In this document: piece by piece, positions 1-9,992 of the stretch
Layout: each line of letters opens with the position of its first letter
Numbering within the stretch: the first letter of the stretch is position 1
Assembly: GCA_046293555.1 (NCBI GenBank)
Contig: JBKBOT010000004.1
Span: 1-64,000 of the forward strand
From: Pyrobaculum sp.
GTDB taxonomy: Archaea; Thermoproteota; Thermoprotei; Thermoproteales; Thermoproteaceae
Length of the DNA stretch: 64,000 nucleotides
Reading direction: 5' to 3'
Program-made: the position numbers and the translations under genes
The notes under the pieces: model-generated
Database searches by the model: none
What the model was told of the DNA's origin: nothing
The model's input: only the letters and a program-made list of their open reading frames with translations

Positions 1-2
1 GC

Positions 3-845
3 TCTACCAGCAAGGGGAATGACCAGGTGCGTTTTGACGTCACCATAAAGGCTCTGGCGCCAGATTTAAAGATCATAACCCCGGCGCGGGTGGGGGGGAT
101 GGGGAGGGCTGAGGAGGTGGAGTACGCCAGACGCCACGGGTTGCCTATAGGGGAGGTACATAAGAAATATAGCATAGATGACAACCTCTGGTCTCGCTCT
201 ATCGAGGGGGGGCCTCTAGACGACCCCAAGACGGAGCCTCTAGAAGAGGCCTTTAAGTGGACTGTTGCGCCAGAGAAGGCCCCCGGGGAGGCCACATATC
301 TAGAAATTGAATTTGAAAGAGGGCTCCCCAAGGCCGTAGACGGGGAGAAGATGGACCTAGAGAAATTAGTGCAGCTTCTAAACAAGGTGGGTGGCCTCAA
401 TGGGGTTGGCCGTATTGACCATATAGAAAACAGGGTGGTGGGGCTTAAGAGCAGGGAGGTCTACGAGGCGCCGGCCGCCGTGGTGCTACACCAGGCACAT
501 GTAGACTTGGAGAAACTTGTGCTTACGCCGAGGGAGCTTAGGTTTAAACACCACGTCCTCGACCCCCAGTGGGCCGACCTGATCTACCAAGGGCTGTATG
601 TAGAGCCGTTAAGAATTGCCTTGGAAAAGGCGGCGGAGGAGGTGGAGAGGTGGGTCACCGGCGTGGTTAGGGTAAAGCTCTACAAGGGGGGGCTGTGGGT
701 GGTGGGGAGGTCTTCTCCCTATGGCGGCTATAGCGTGGAGGTGGCTAGTTACGACTGGGGGTGGTACCCCAGCGACGCAGAGGCTAGAGGCTTTATCGAG
801 ATGTGGAGTCTCCACTCTCTTACAGCCAGGCGGCGTAGAACATAA
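3..845 (+). CDS. argG: argininosuccinate synthase (5'-partial)
   Basis: Frame open from window start: STSKGNDQVRF, YSIDDNLWSRSIEGG, GVGRIDHIENRVVGLKSREVYEAP. Confidence 0.97.
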   Translation, partial: STSKGNDQVRFDVTIKALAPDLKIITPARVGGMGRAEEVEYARRHGLPIGEVHKKYSIDDNLWSRSIEGGPLDDPKTEPLEEAFKWTVAPEKAPGEATYLEIEFERGLPKAVDGEKMDLEKLVQLLNKVGGLNGVGRIDHIENRVVGLKSREVYEAPAAVVLHQAHVDLEKLVLTPRELRFKHHVLDPQWADLIYQGLYVEPLRIALEKAAEEVERWVTGVVRVKLYKGGLWVVGRSSPYGGYSVEVASYDWGWYPSDAEARGFIEMWSLHSLTARRRRT

Positions 846-898
846 ATAGTCTATATATTTTGAAAAAGTTTTATATTATATCTTTTTCTAGGGGTTTG

Positions 899-1051
899 AT
901 GGGGCAACGTTCCATAGTCTGTCCCAACTGCAGACGGCCGGTAAAGCCCGTGGAGTGTAGTAGGAGGAGCCAGTCTAGGAGGTACCTACTCGTTACCTAC
1001 TGCTGCCCTAGGTGCAAGACAGAGCTTCTGACTGAACGTATTGAGGCATGA
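899..1051 (+). CDS. small zinc-ribbon-like protein (50 aa)
   Basis: ATG at 899 behind an AT-rich TATA-like stretch; CPNC...CCPRC; stop overlaps the argH start (ATGA). Confidence 0.7.
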   Translation: MGQRSIVCPNCRRPVKPVECSRRSQSRRYLLVTYCCPRCKTELLTERIEA

Positions 1052-2331
1052 GTTATTACCGGTCTTGGATTGGGGGAGAGCCCCCCGTCAGATATATATC
1101 CAGCGTGAGGGACGACGTGGAGATTGTAGAAGAGGTTGTGAAAGTGGCTAAGGCACATGTACAACACCTCGCCGAGGTGGGGGCAGCGCCGAGGGAGGCC
1201 GCTGAGGCCATATTGGACGCCTTAAGCCAGCTGGACTACAGGCAGGTGCTGGCGGAAGGTTTTGAAGACGTCCACGAGGCGTTAGAGAAGTGGCTTGTAG
1301 ATAGGCTGGGGGAGGAGGTTGGGGGGTGGCTGGGGCTCGGCCGGTCTCGTAACGACCACGTGGCTGCGGCCATAAGGCTTGCGGCGTTGAGAAAGGCGGG
1401 GGAGCTGCGGCGTGGTGTAGAGAGGCTACGCTGCGTGTTGGCCAGAAGGGCGCTGGAGTACTCGCAATGCGCCATGCCCAGCTTTACTCACTTCCAGCCG
1501 GCACAGGTGATCACCTTTGGCCACTACCTAATGGCGGTAGACGGGCTCGCGGGGGAGTTCCTACAGGTCCTGGCCTCCGCAGAGGGTCTTTTGAGAAAGT
1601 CGCCGCTAGGCGCCGGGCCGGCTGGGGGGGTGAGGCCGCCTGTAGATAGACGCCGTCTGGCAGAACTGGCGGGATTTAGCGACGTGGTGGAAAACTCGCT
1701 ATATGCCTCAGGGGGCCGCTTCTTTATGGCCAACCTGGCGGCTGCGGTAGCCTCCTTTCTCGTAGAGCTCTCTAGAGCTGTGGACGATTTCATCAGGTGG
1801 AACAGCCCGGTGGTGGGCTACATAAAGGCGCCGCCGGGCCATCTCTCCACTAGTAGCATCATGCCGCATAAGAGGAATTTAGTCACCCTAGAGGTCTTCA
1901 GGGGGAGGGCCATGGAGGCCGTGGGTCACCTCACGGCGCTTCTATCCGTCATATCTAAGGTGGGGGTGGGCTACAGCCTGGACCTACAGGAGGCCACACG
2001 CCACCTCTGGTCTATACTGGATATAGCCATAGGGGGGGTGGAGGTGTTTAGAGACTTTGTGGAGAAGATGGAGTTTGACTGCCAGAAGGCCCGCCAAGAC
2101 GCCGAGAGGTATTACTCCACCTCTTCAGACACTGTGGAGGCCATGGCGCTGGGGGGGACCTCCTTTAGGAGGGCTTACTTCCAGCTGGCTAGAGAGATCG
2201 GGGAGGGGCAGGCCCACCTCCTCTCCGTAGAGGAGGCCTTGAGGAGGCCGGCGGCGGGTTCCGCAAACCCGGAGGAGGTGAAAAAAGCCGCGTCTAGAGT
2301 CGCCGCGGCGTTTTGTGGGTCAGGTTTATAA
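1048..2331 (+). CDS. argH: argininosuccinate lyase
   Basis: EDVH, GRSRNDH, TH.QPAQ and SSIMPHKRN signature; adjacent to argG. Confidence 0.95.
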   Translation: MSYYRSWIGGEPPVRYISSVRDDVEIVEEVVKVAKAHVQHLAEVGAAPREAAEAILDALSQLDYRQVLAEGFEDVHEALEKWLVDRLGEEVGGWLGLGRSRNDHVAAAIRLAALRKAGELRRGVERLRCVLARRALEYSQCAMPSFTHFQPAQVITFGHYLMAVDGLAGEFLQVLASAEGLLRKSPLGAGPAGGVRPPVDRRRLAELAGFSDVVENSLYASGGRFFMANLAAAVASFLVELSRAVDDFIRWNSPVVGYIKAPPGHLSTSSIMPHKRNLVTLEVFRGRAMEAVGHLTALLSVISKVGVGYSLDLQEATRHLWSILDIAIGGVEVFRDFVEKMEFDCQKARQDAERYYSTSSDTVEAMALGGTSFRRAYFQLAREIGEGQAHLLSVEEALRRPAAGSANPEEVKKAASRVAAAFCGSGL

Positions 2332-2351
2332 ACAGTGTTTTACAACGTGCC

Positions 2352-3338
2352 GTGGGGCTTTCCGTAGAGCTGCGAGACGTGGTGGTGCAATATGGCAGTT
2401 TTTTAGCCCTCAGGGGGGTCTCGCTGGCGGTAGAGGCGGGGGAGGGGCTGGTGGTGTTGGGGCCCTCTGGCTCCGGCAAATCCACCCTGTTGAGAGTGGT
2501 GGCGGGGCTTGTGTCCCCCACCCGGGGGGGCGTGTATATCGGCGGCGTCGATGTCACCAAGGCCCCTCCAGACAGGAGGGGGGTCTCTATGGTCTTTCAG
2601 GACTTGGCCCTATTTCCCCATCTCGACGTTTTTGAAAACGTGGCCTTTGGCCTTAGGGTGAGGGGGGTGGAGGGCGGCGAGGTGAGGAGAAGGGTGAGGT
2701 GGGCGCTCGAGCTGGTGAGGCTAGACCCCGCTGTGTTTATGTACAGAAGGATACACCAGCTCTCCGGCGGCCAGCAGCAGAGGGTGGCGCTGGCGAGGGC
2801 GCTTGTGGTGGAGCCAGAGGTGTTGCTTCTCGACGAGCCGTTTAGCCATGTGGATCTCGACATAAAGAGCCAGCTGTTAGAAGAGCTTAAGGCTTTACAC
2901 AACAAGCTCGGCTTTACTCTTATCTACGTCACTCACGACAGGTTTGAAGCTGTGGAGGTGGGTGACCGCGTGGCCGTGATGAGAGAGGGGGAGGTCGTAC
3001 AGGTGGGAAAGCCCGTGGAGATATATAGAAGGCCTAGAAACAAGTTTGTAGCTGAGTTCTTCGGCGAGGCTAACGTCATATCTACAGAATCTCTGGGGCT
3101 AGGCCAGGGGGGCTACGCGGTGGTGAGGCCAGAAGATGTGGTGCTGGGAGGCGGCTCCTATAGGCTGAAGGGTGTGGTGGTAGATATCACCTTCTTGTGG
3201 CACTACCTAAAGGTGGAGATACAGACGGAGGGCGGCATATTTAAGACGTATGTAGATCTAGACACCCCCATCTCCGTGGGGGACGTGGTGGAGTTCGGGT
3301 GGGACGCCAGAGATATGTACCTCATAGAAAATGATTAG
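2352..3338 (+). CDS. potA: ABC transporter ATP-binding protein, PotA-like (polyamine/Fe3+ family)
   Basis: GPSGSGKS, LSGGQQQR, LLLDEP, C-terminal TOBE-like region; GTG start at 2352 preferred. Confidence 0.8.
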   Translation: MGLSVELRDVVVQYGSFLALRGVSLAVEAGEGLVVLGPSGSGKSTLLRVVAGLVSPTRGGVYIGGVDVTKAPPDRRGVSMVFQDLALFPHLDVFENVAFGLRVRGVEGGEVRRRVRWALELVRLDPAVFMYRRIHQLSGGQQQRVALARALVVEPEVLLLDEPFSHVDLDIKSQLLEELKALHNKLGFTLIYVTHDRFEAVEVGDRVAVMREGEVVQVGKPVEIYRRPRNKFVAEFFGEANVISTESLGLGQGGYAVVRPEDVVLGGGSYRLKGVVVDITFLWHYLKVEIQTEGGIFKTYVDLDTPISVGDVVEFGWDARDMYLIEND

Positions 3339-4059
3339 GAGGGTTGCCTTCACCGCCCTGGCGGCGGTAATCCTCCTGTTCTACCTACCCTTCGCCGCCT
3401 TTCTGTACTACATCTCCGAGGGGGGGCCCCTCAGGCTGCCGGGCCTCCAGACGGTGGCATCCACCCTGCTGCTGGCAGCAGGCACGGCTGTGATCTCTAT
3501 AGCCCTGGCGTACCCCGCGGCGTATTACCTAGCGCGTAGGGGGTCCGAGCTGGAGTTCGCCCTACTGGTGGCACCCCTTTGGGTTGGCACGCTGCTAAAA
3601 GCGTACTCGCTGTTGGCCATATTTGTCATCGTGGAGAGACACGCCGGCTTGGCGCTGTGGGGGACCCCCCTCGGCGTCTTGATTGGGATGGTGTATGAAT
3701 ACTTCCCCTACGCCCTCTTGACTCTATACGCCGCCGTGGAGAAAGTCACAGAGGCCCCCATAAACGCCGCCAGGGTGTTAGGCGCCTCCAGGCTACAGAC
3801 CTTCTTACGAGTGGAGCTACCCCTCACCGCACCCGGCATTGTGGCCGCCTTTGTGCTAGTTTTCCTCTTCGCCGTGGGGGAAGTCATAATGCCGGTAGTG
3901 CTGGGGGCGGGAAAGGTCTACACTTTTGGCAACTATGTGTGGGACCTTTATTTCAAGAGCCGCGACGTGCTTAGCGGCGGGGTGCTCTCCATGGCCCTGG
4001 CGGGGCTGTCCCTACTGGCCACACTGCTAGTAGTGAGGACCGTGAGGCTGTCTCTATGA
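3331..4059 (+). CDS. potB: ABC transporter permease, PotB-like
   Basis: Hydrophobic; LAYPAAYYLA; EAA-type loop NAARVLGAS. Confidence 0.75.
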   Translation: MIRRVAFTALAAVILLFYLPFAAFLYYISEGGPLRLPGLQTVASTLLLAAGTAVISIALAYPAAYYLARRGSELEFALLVAPLWVGTLLKAYSLLAIFVIVERHAGLALWGTPLGVLIGMVYEYFPYALLTLYAAVEKVTEAPINAARVLGASRLQTFLRVELPLTAPGIVAAFVLVFLFAVGEVIMPVVLGAGKVYTFGNYVWDLYFKSRDVLSGGVLSMALAGLSLLATLLVVRTVRLSL

Positions 4060-4814
4060 TACTCCGTGGCTACACCTGGGCTTTAATACTTCTCTTCTAC
4101 ATGCCCATCGGCGCCATGGTGGCCCTCTCCTTTAATGACAGCAGGCTGCCCTACGTCTGGGGCGGCTTTACCGCCAGGTGGTACCAAGCCTTACTTCAGT
4201 GGGACGCAGCGTGGCAGGCCATATTTAACAGCCTCGCCATCGCCCTCGCGGTAGCCACACTGGCCACAGCCTTGGGGCTATTTATGGCCTACGTCCTGAG
4301 GGGAGGCGGCTATCTGTTTATCTCACATGTGGCCATAGTGATGCCGGAGGTATCTGAAGCACTTGCCCTCGCCGCGGCCCTCTGGCTAGTAAAGATATAC
4401 GCCGGCGTTGACCTCTTCGGCCCTACGGGAGTCCTGTTGGCCCACCTGGCCTACACCCTGCCCATGGCCCACGTGTTGCTCACCCCCTATGTGGCCTACG
4501 TGGGGAGAAATGTGGTAGAGGCAGCCAGGATATTAGGGGCGTCAGAAGCCAGGACGGTGGCCTCTGTGGTTATGCCCATATTGCTCCCAGCTCTCGTGGC
4601 GGTTTTTCTAATAGTTTTCGCCAACTCTTTCGACACCTACATCAAGACCGCCTTTACCACAAGCCCCGATTTCGTCACCGCGCCGATCTTGCTGTGGGCC
4701 TACGCGGCCAGGGGGCGGGGGGACCCCACCATATATGCCCTAGCCACCTTCATGTTGATCCCCTCTATAGCCGCCGCCGTGATATATTTTAGAGCCATAA
4801 GACGCTACAGCTGA
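4056..4814 (+). CDS. potC: ABC transporter permease, PotC-like
   Basis: LSFN..WGGFT.RWY, EAARILGAS, SFD motifs. Confidence 0.8.
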   Translation: MILRGYTWALILLFYMPIGAMVALSFNDSRLPYVWGGFTARWYQALLQWDAAWQAIFNSLAIALAVATLATALGLFMAYVLRGGGYLFISHVAIVMPEVSEALALAAALWLVKIYAGVDLFGPTGVLLAHLAYTLPMAHVLLTPYVAYVGRNVVEAARILGASEARTVASVVMPILLPALVAVFLIVFANSFDTYIKTAFTTSPDFVTAPILLWAYAARGRGDPTIYALATFMLIPSIAAAVIYFRAIRRYS

Positions 4815-6089
4815 CAGAGCTCTGGCGGCCTCCCTAGGCGTCTCCACCACCACAAGCCTCTCCCCTAGCCTCCTGGAGAGAGGGCCCCACGTCAGCACCA
4901 CGATGGCCTTTCCCCACCTGTCAAAGGCGGAGAGTATATAGTCTCCAGCCCGCTCGCTGTAGCTAGGGGGGTGTATAAGCGGCGCCACCACCGCGGCGTC
5001 TGTATACCTAAGCCCCACCTCTAGAGCCGCCGCTAGATGTTCGTCAGTCCCCCCTCCCGTCAGGTCTATTGGGTTGGAAACCGCCGCGGCTGGGTGTAAA
5101 ACCCGGCGGAGTTCCTCCTGCCCCTCTCTAGGCAGCTCGGGCACCTCGAGCCCCACCTCGTTTAGGAAGTCTACAATCTGTACCGCCACGCCGCCTGAAG
5201 TGGAGACCACCAGGACTCTCCTCACCTCCCTGGGGCTGTATACCGCCAGGGCTTTAGCCATGTGGAAAAGCTCTTTTAGCTCCCCCGCCTCCGCCACCCC
5301 CGCCTGTCTAAACAGGCCTTGATACATCTGGTAGCTCCCCGCCATGGCGGCGGTGTGGGAGTAGACAGCCCGCTGGGAGTCTACACCCCTGCCGGCTTTA
5401 TACACCACAATGGGCTTGGGGAAGGCCTTGGCCGCTTTTAGAAACCGGGCGGCCTCCCCCCTGCGCCTAAAGCCCTCTAGGTAGAGAGCCAGCGACTTCA
5501 CCTCATCCAACCCGGCTAGAAACTCCATGAGTTCAATCTCGGTGACGTCTATCCGGTTGCCAAAACTTGCCGCAATCCCCACGCCGATGTTGGCGCCAGC
5601 CGCCCAGTCAAGCGCGGCGGTCATCACGGCGCCGCTCTGGCTAAGAAAGGCTATGGGGCCGGGGGGAGGGCGCGCCGCCCTCTCTAGGGGTATAAACATG
5701 GTGTCTAGGCCGATGTGGGCGTTGTAGACGCCGAGGCAGTTTGGCCCCAGTACCCTCACGCCGTGTCTCCTCGCCGCCTCTAGCAGCTCCTCCTCTAGGT
5801 CCCGCCTCCCCACTTCTGCAAATCCTCCAGACACCACAATGGCGGCTTTTACGCCGGTCTTGCCTGCCTCCTCTATAATTGCCGGCACGGTGGGGGCTGG
5901 GGTGGCCACCACCAGGAGGTCTGGCGGCTCTGGGAGCTCGGAGATAGATCTGTAGTAATATTTGGGGTTCACGGGGTAGACCCTCCCCCTGAATCGGGAG
6001 AGTTGTCTCAATATCTGGCCCCCCACGGTGTGGGGGTTGGGGGAGGCCCCCACCACCGCTATGGAGTTTGGGAAGAGGAATTCCCTCAC
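4740..6089 (-). CDS. acdA: ADP-forming acetate/acyl-CoA synthetase alpha subunit
   Basis: SIAVVGAS, VYPVNP, GPNCLG, SQSGA, phospho-His motif SHTAAMAG, NPIDL. Confidence 0.88.
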   Translation of the reverse strand: MREFLFPNSIAVVGASPNPHTVGGQILRQLSRFRGRVYPVNPKYYYRSISELPEPPDLLVVATPAPTVPAIIEEAGKTGVKAAIVVSGGFAEVGRRDLEEELLEAARRHGVRVLGPNCLGVYNAHIGLDTMFIPLERAARPPPGPIAFLSQSGAVMTAALDWAAGANIGVGIAASFGNRIDVTEIELMEFLAGLDEVKSLALYLEGFRRRGEAARFLKAAKAFPKPIVVYKAGRGVDSQRAVYSHTAAMAGSYQMYQGLFRQAGVAEAGELKELFHMAKALAVYSPREVRRVLVVSTSGGVAVQIVDFLNEVGLEVPELPREGQEELRRVLHPAAAVSNPIDLTGGGTDEHLAAALEVGLRYTDAAVVAPLIHPPSYSERAGDYILSAFDRWGKAIVVLTWGPLSRRLGERLVVVETPREAARALSAVASYGSKIYHGGGYRGDQHEGG

Positions 6090-7312
6090 CCCCTGAGCGC
6101 CTTGGAGATAGCGGCGGGGTTGTAGCCCACTATTACCGTATATGTGCCGTTGGGGTATATCACCGCCACCATGGGGGTTCCCACAGACTCGCCGGCCTGT
6201 CCGGCGAGGATTTCAGCCAACCGGCGTGACGACTGGACGTCTACCGTACAGCTCTCTGTGGGCAGTATGTCGGTATAGTTCCTGTCGCCAGCTAGAAACC
6301 GCGCGTAGATCTCCAGGAGGGTGGGGACTACGGACTGTGGCGACTTCTGGTAGAGACATCTTAACCTCTGGTGGTCTGGCAGAGCTGCCTCATGTACCAC
6401 GAGGTCTATTAACACCACCTTGTGGCCTTGAAACAACGTGTAGTTATACCTAAAGAGCTGGGCGCAGTAGGGACAGTCCAGGTCGAAAAAGATCACCGCC
6501 GCCGGCCAGCCGCCGTCGTAACTCATGCCGATTTTCTCAGCCACGCGTAGTACGTCCAGCCCGCCTCCAACCGCCGCCGTCACGTTTTGCATAAGCTCGG
6601 CCACGGCTTGTCTCACCTCTGGGGCCATCTCTGCTGCCTTCTGGAGGACATACGTCAAGGTGGCTGCCGGCTGTGTGCCATAAGTCAGCTGGACTTTAAG
6701 CATGTAGACAGCGCCGTCTGGAAGCTGTTGTTTTTCATAATTCAAGACGGCGTTAAGGCCGGGGAAGATGGGCACAGTGGTGGTGTTTACATAAACCACC
6801 GCCTGGCCGAACGGCGTCTGGGCGACCCCGGCCCTAGTCCAGCTGGCGGGAGGGGGTAGCCCCACCACCAGGAAGACGGCGTCTTCAAAACTTCTGGCTG
6901 TGGGAAGTGGCGTGTAGGAAGTGCGGCACTGGCTATTTGAAAGCGTGACCTGTTCCCCAGCTATAGTTAGAGAGGTGGTGGAGTTTATACATAGGCCAAG
7001 CGGCTTGCTGTAATATGTAGATTTCTGTATCTCGCCCCGCGGCCCTCTCGCCAAGACGTTTATGTGGCTCTCTCTAAATAGGATGTAGGTTAACGACTCG
7101 TTTCTCACGTCGCCATACACCACGCCTTCTTTCAACGCGATGAAATACGCCGTGCCCACCTGTTGGTCTCCTATCCTCACCGTGTAGACATACATCTTGC
7201 CGACAGACGGCTGGGCGGCTAGAGGGGCAGGCTGGTTTTGGAAAGCCAGTAGGACCACGACGGCTACTGCCACCACGACTAGAAGGGCCCCGATGAGGAC
7301 ATATCTGTTCAT
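6086..7312 (-). CDS. membrane-anchored protein with C-terminal thioredoxin/DsbA-like domain
   Basis: N-terminal TM helix from ATG 7312; FFDLDCPYC and cis-Pro motif GTP. Confidence 0.75.
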   Translation of the reverse strand: MNRYVLIGALLVVVAVAVVVLLAFQNQPAPLAAQPSVGKMYVYTVRIGDQQVGTAYFIALKEGVVYGDVRNESLTYILFRESHINVLARGPRGEIQKSTYYSKPLGLCINSTTSLTIAGEQVTLSNSQCRTSYTPLPTARSFEDAVFLVVGLPPPASWTRAGVAQTPFGQAVVYVNTTTVPIFPGLNAVLNYEKQQLPDGAVYMLKVQLTYGTQPAATLTYVLQKAAEMAPEVRQAVAELMQNVTAAVGGGLDVLRVAEKIGMSYDGGWPAAVIFFDLDCPYCAQLFRYNYTLFQGHKVVLIDLVVHEAALPDHQRLRCLYQKSPQSVVPTLLEIYARFLAGDRNYTDILPTESCTVDVQSSRRLAEILAGQAGESVGTPMVAVIYPNGTYTVIVGYNPAAISKALRG

Positions 7313-7462
7313 TGGCAAACCTTCAGATAGATATAAAAAATTTTGGGCGTTTAAGACCTTCCGTACCCGCCAGCCGTCTCCCACGCCGGCGTCAAACTGC
7401 CCGCGGGGCTTCCCGCCGCCAATGTCTCCCGGCGTTGTGGCCAGCCTTGAGGCAGCCCCTCC

Positions 7463-8746
7463 CTATATGTCTTTCAACACTTTTCTTAGCGACTCTGGGT
7501 TGGCTGTATTTACCTTGACTGTGGGCACGTGGGCTTTAATTACCTCGTTTGTGCCTCCAATTAGGATGGCCTTTACCTCTCTGAAGGCGCTTTTCGCCGC
7601 CTTTAGGACCTCTGGGTTTACCATGTCGTCCTCGCCATCTGTAATCAAGACTAGTTTATACCCCTGTAGGCCCTGTTGTCTAGAGTCGCGAATTGCCGTG
7701 TGGACTGCGGCAGTTATGTCTGTCCCCCCCAGCGGCAGTACCTTAAGTAGAGATTTTATGATGTCTTTCGTGCTGGTGATGGGGGGGTAGACCATCTGGT
7801 CGAAAAACCGCATCACGACCCTCCTACATTTTCTCATCAACGCCACCGCCAGCGCCGTGGCCCAAGTGATTTTTTGCGTCATGTCCATAGCTACGCCGTC
7901 GTATACGGCGTAGAACATAGAGCCGGATTTATCCACGAGGAGGTACACCTTTTCCCGTATCTCAATCGACGTGTCGTATATAGAGAGAGATTTTGTGGCC
8001 AGCTTGTAGCCAAAAAGCTCTCTAGACTGGAGGTATATAGCCTTGCTGAGATTTGTGGCCTTCTGTAAGTCGGAAAATGTCCTTATCCTAGTGACCCCAG
8101 AGATGACGCCACGGCGTTCTGCCAGCTGGCTTTCTTCTAGCTCCGGGGCTATGCCGGAGATTAGGGTCACCAGAGACTCCAGTATTTTGGCCAGCCTGGC
8201 CCTATAGGGGTCAATATCTATGTCGAACAGAAGCTCTGCCGCCTCTTTCCCCACGTCATCGCCGAGAGCCTTGGCTACAGACCTCCTTATCTTCTCTATG
8301 TTCTTTATGTTGCCCATATAGAAGCGGAGGAGGCTACTTATCTCGTGGCGTAACAGCTGGTTTTGGCTAAGCTCCTCGTAATCCCCCCTCTCCTTTACCC
8401 CCTCCACGGCCCCCCTCTCTATTCTAGACAGGAGGCTGTTGTATGCACGTAGCAGCTTTATGGAGGCAGATCTGGAGACCTGGTAGTTATACCTACTTAT
8501 CTTAGAGATCTCCTGGTAGATATCACTATTTATATATGTCCGCAGGAAGAGATTCCACAGAGCCTCTTCTTTAGAGTCCTTGAGGATAGGCGTCCTGTAG
8601 TGTACGTAGAAGGAGTCTGCAATTATGTGGTTAGAAATTTTAGCCAGCTTGAGGGGGATGCCGAGCCTTTGGAAGTATCTTACTACCTCGTGCGTTCTAA
8701 GTCTTGTAAGCTCGTCCTCATAGTCGACGTTTAGCAGGGCGCCCAT
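7463..8746 (-). CDS. vWA (MIDAS) domain protein, ViaA/CoxE-like
   Basis: LLVDKSGSM, GGTDI, LITDGED. Confidence 0.88.
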   Translation of the reverse strand: MGALLNVDYEDELTRLRTHEVVRYFQRLGIPLKLAKISNHIIADSFYVHYRTPILKDSKEEALWNLFLRTYINSDIYQEISKISRYNYQVSRSASIKLLRAYNSLLSRIERGAVEGVKERGDYEELSQNQLLRHEISSLLRFYMGNIKNIEKIRRSVAKALGDDVGKEAAELLFDIDIDPYRARLAKILESLVTLISGIAPELEESQLAERRGVISGVTRIRTFSDLQKATNLSKAIYLQSRELFGYKLATKSLSIYDTSIEIREKVYLLVDKSGSMFYAVYDGVAMDMTQKITWATALAVALMRKCRRVVMRFFDQMVYPPITSTKDIIKSLLKVLPLGGTDITAAVHTAIRDSRQQGLQGYKLVLITDGEDDMVNPEVLKAAKSAFREVKAILIGGTNEVIKAHVPTVKVNTANPESLRKVLKDI

Positions 8747-9853
8747 TTACAGCTGGCTTTTCAACATGTCTAACGTAGATCTGATCTCCTCAAGCTCTAT
8801 ATAGAAGAAGCGGTACATCAGGGGGTCTGCCACAGCTTTTTCCAACAGGCTGTACGCCTCCCTAAGCCTCTCTCTGGCTATATTAACCGCGTTGTTTGTC
8901 ACCAACGCCTTTATTTCGTTCGCCATGTCGTATAGTATAGACAGGTTGCCCGGCATGTGTGTAGAGAGGAAGGACTCATATTCCGCGAAGTCGTCTCTGT
9001 CTTTCACCAGGTATTTCAACACCTTGATGGTCCCCGCCCTCAACGTGGCTGCGTCGAGATCTGAGGGCCTTACCCCAAGGACTGTGAGGTAGGCCACCAC
9101 GTAGAACGGCACCTTTACCCTAGTGCGGTTTGAGATCACCACGTGGTCTAGATAGGCGGCCACCACGGGGGATATCTGTTTGACCAAGGCCCCCATGTTC
9201 TCATAGACGTAGTTCTGGATGTAGTCATTTACCTTCTTGATGCCTTCCATCGTCATCACTGGGCTCAGCCTTTCGAACTCCCGCCTTAACTTGAGGCCCG
9301 TCTTGATTAACTCCTCCGTCTCGTCGGGCTGGGCGTATTTCGTGAAGACTCTTAACGGAAATCTGTCGTATAGGGCTTGTAGCTCCTCCTCGTCTGGCAC
9401 GCGGTTGCTGGCGCCAAAGACAGTCCAGGTCTTCACGGGGATTATGTTCCCCCCGTCGTAAATCACCCTCTCGTTGAGAATAGTCAACATGGCGTTAAGA
9501 ATGGCGCTAGAGACGTTAAAAATCTCGTCCAATAGGGCGAGGTCTGCCTCCACGATGGAGTTTGTATAAATCCTCTTTACGTTACCCTTTAGGAGCTCCA
9601 CCACGTCTATGGGGCCTATCACCTCCTCAATTTCTGTAAATTTTGTCAACAGTCTGTAAAACCACCTGGCCTTAAGTAGCCTCGATATTGACGCCACCAA
9701 CATGGTCTTGGCGGTGCCGGGGGGGCCAATCAGGATGATGTTTTCTCTTGTCAACACCGCCGTGAGGCTGGCGTTTATCTCGTCTGAAAACTTGAAGAAG
9801 TGCGAGTCCAGTACTTTCCTTATATGTGTGATGTCAGACAGCAGATCTTCCAC
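8747..9853 (-). CDS. MoxR-family AAA+ ATPase (RavA-like)
   Basis: GPPGTAKT, LLDEIF, ILN..L..LNER, GASN, ALYDRF; abuts the vWA gene. Confidence 0.88.
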   Translation of the reverse strand: MEDLLSDITHIRKVLDSHFFKFSDEINASLTAVLTRENIILIGPPGTAKTMLVASISRLLKARWFYRLLTKFTEIEEVIGPIDVVELLKGNVKRIYTNSIVEADLALLDEIFNVSSAILNAMLTILNERVIYDGGNIIPVKTWTVFGASNRVPDEEELQALYDRFPLRVFTKYAQPDETEELIKTGLKLRREFERLSPVMTMEGIKKVNDYIQNYVYENMGALVKQISPVVAAYLDHVVISNRTRVKVPFYVVAYLTVLGVRPSDLDAATLRAGTIKVLKYLVKDRDDFAEYESFLSTHMPGNLSILYDMANEIKALVTNNAVNIARERLREAYSLLEKAVADPLMYRFFYIELEEIRSTLDMLKSQL

Positions 9854-9858
9854 AGTTC

Positions 9859-9915
9859 ACATTCGTTTCTCCATTAATATTTTTTGCTTTTACATTCGTT
9901 TCTCCATTAATATTT
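9859..9915. repeat. 24-bp direct repeat ACATTCGTTTCTCCATTAATATTT x2 (period 33)
   Basis: Identical copies at 9859-9882 and 9892-9915. Confidence 0.9.
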
Positions 9916-9992
9916 GCTAGGCCAAAACTTACGGCCTACTCTCCTGTAGGTAGTTATGCCTTGACTATATAAATACTGTAGATAAAATTGCT

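Noticed and set aside
899-1051. LysW/ArgW carrier protein
   Set aside because: No C-terminal EDWGE, and the protein is basic rather than acidic
6086-7312. CcmG substitute for the Ccm system
   Set aside because: A CPYC thioredoxin fold is present, but the gene is 15 kb away with no evidence of linkage
7197-7790. Long antisense or shadow ORFs (also 11524-12270, 14668-15303, 26678-27373, 63069-63566)
   Set aside because: They lie opposite well-supported genes and have no motifs; expected in GC-rich coding DNA
9859-9915. CRISPR mini-array
   Set aside because: Only 9 nt between the copies and no GAAAG/GAAAC-type repeat end
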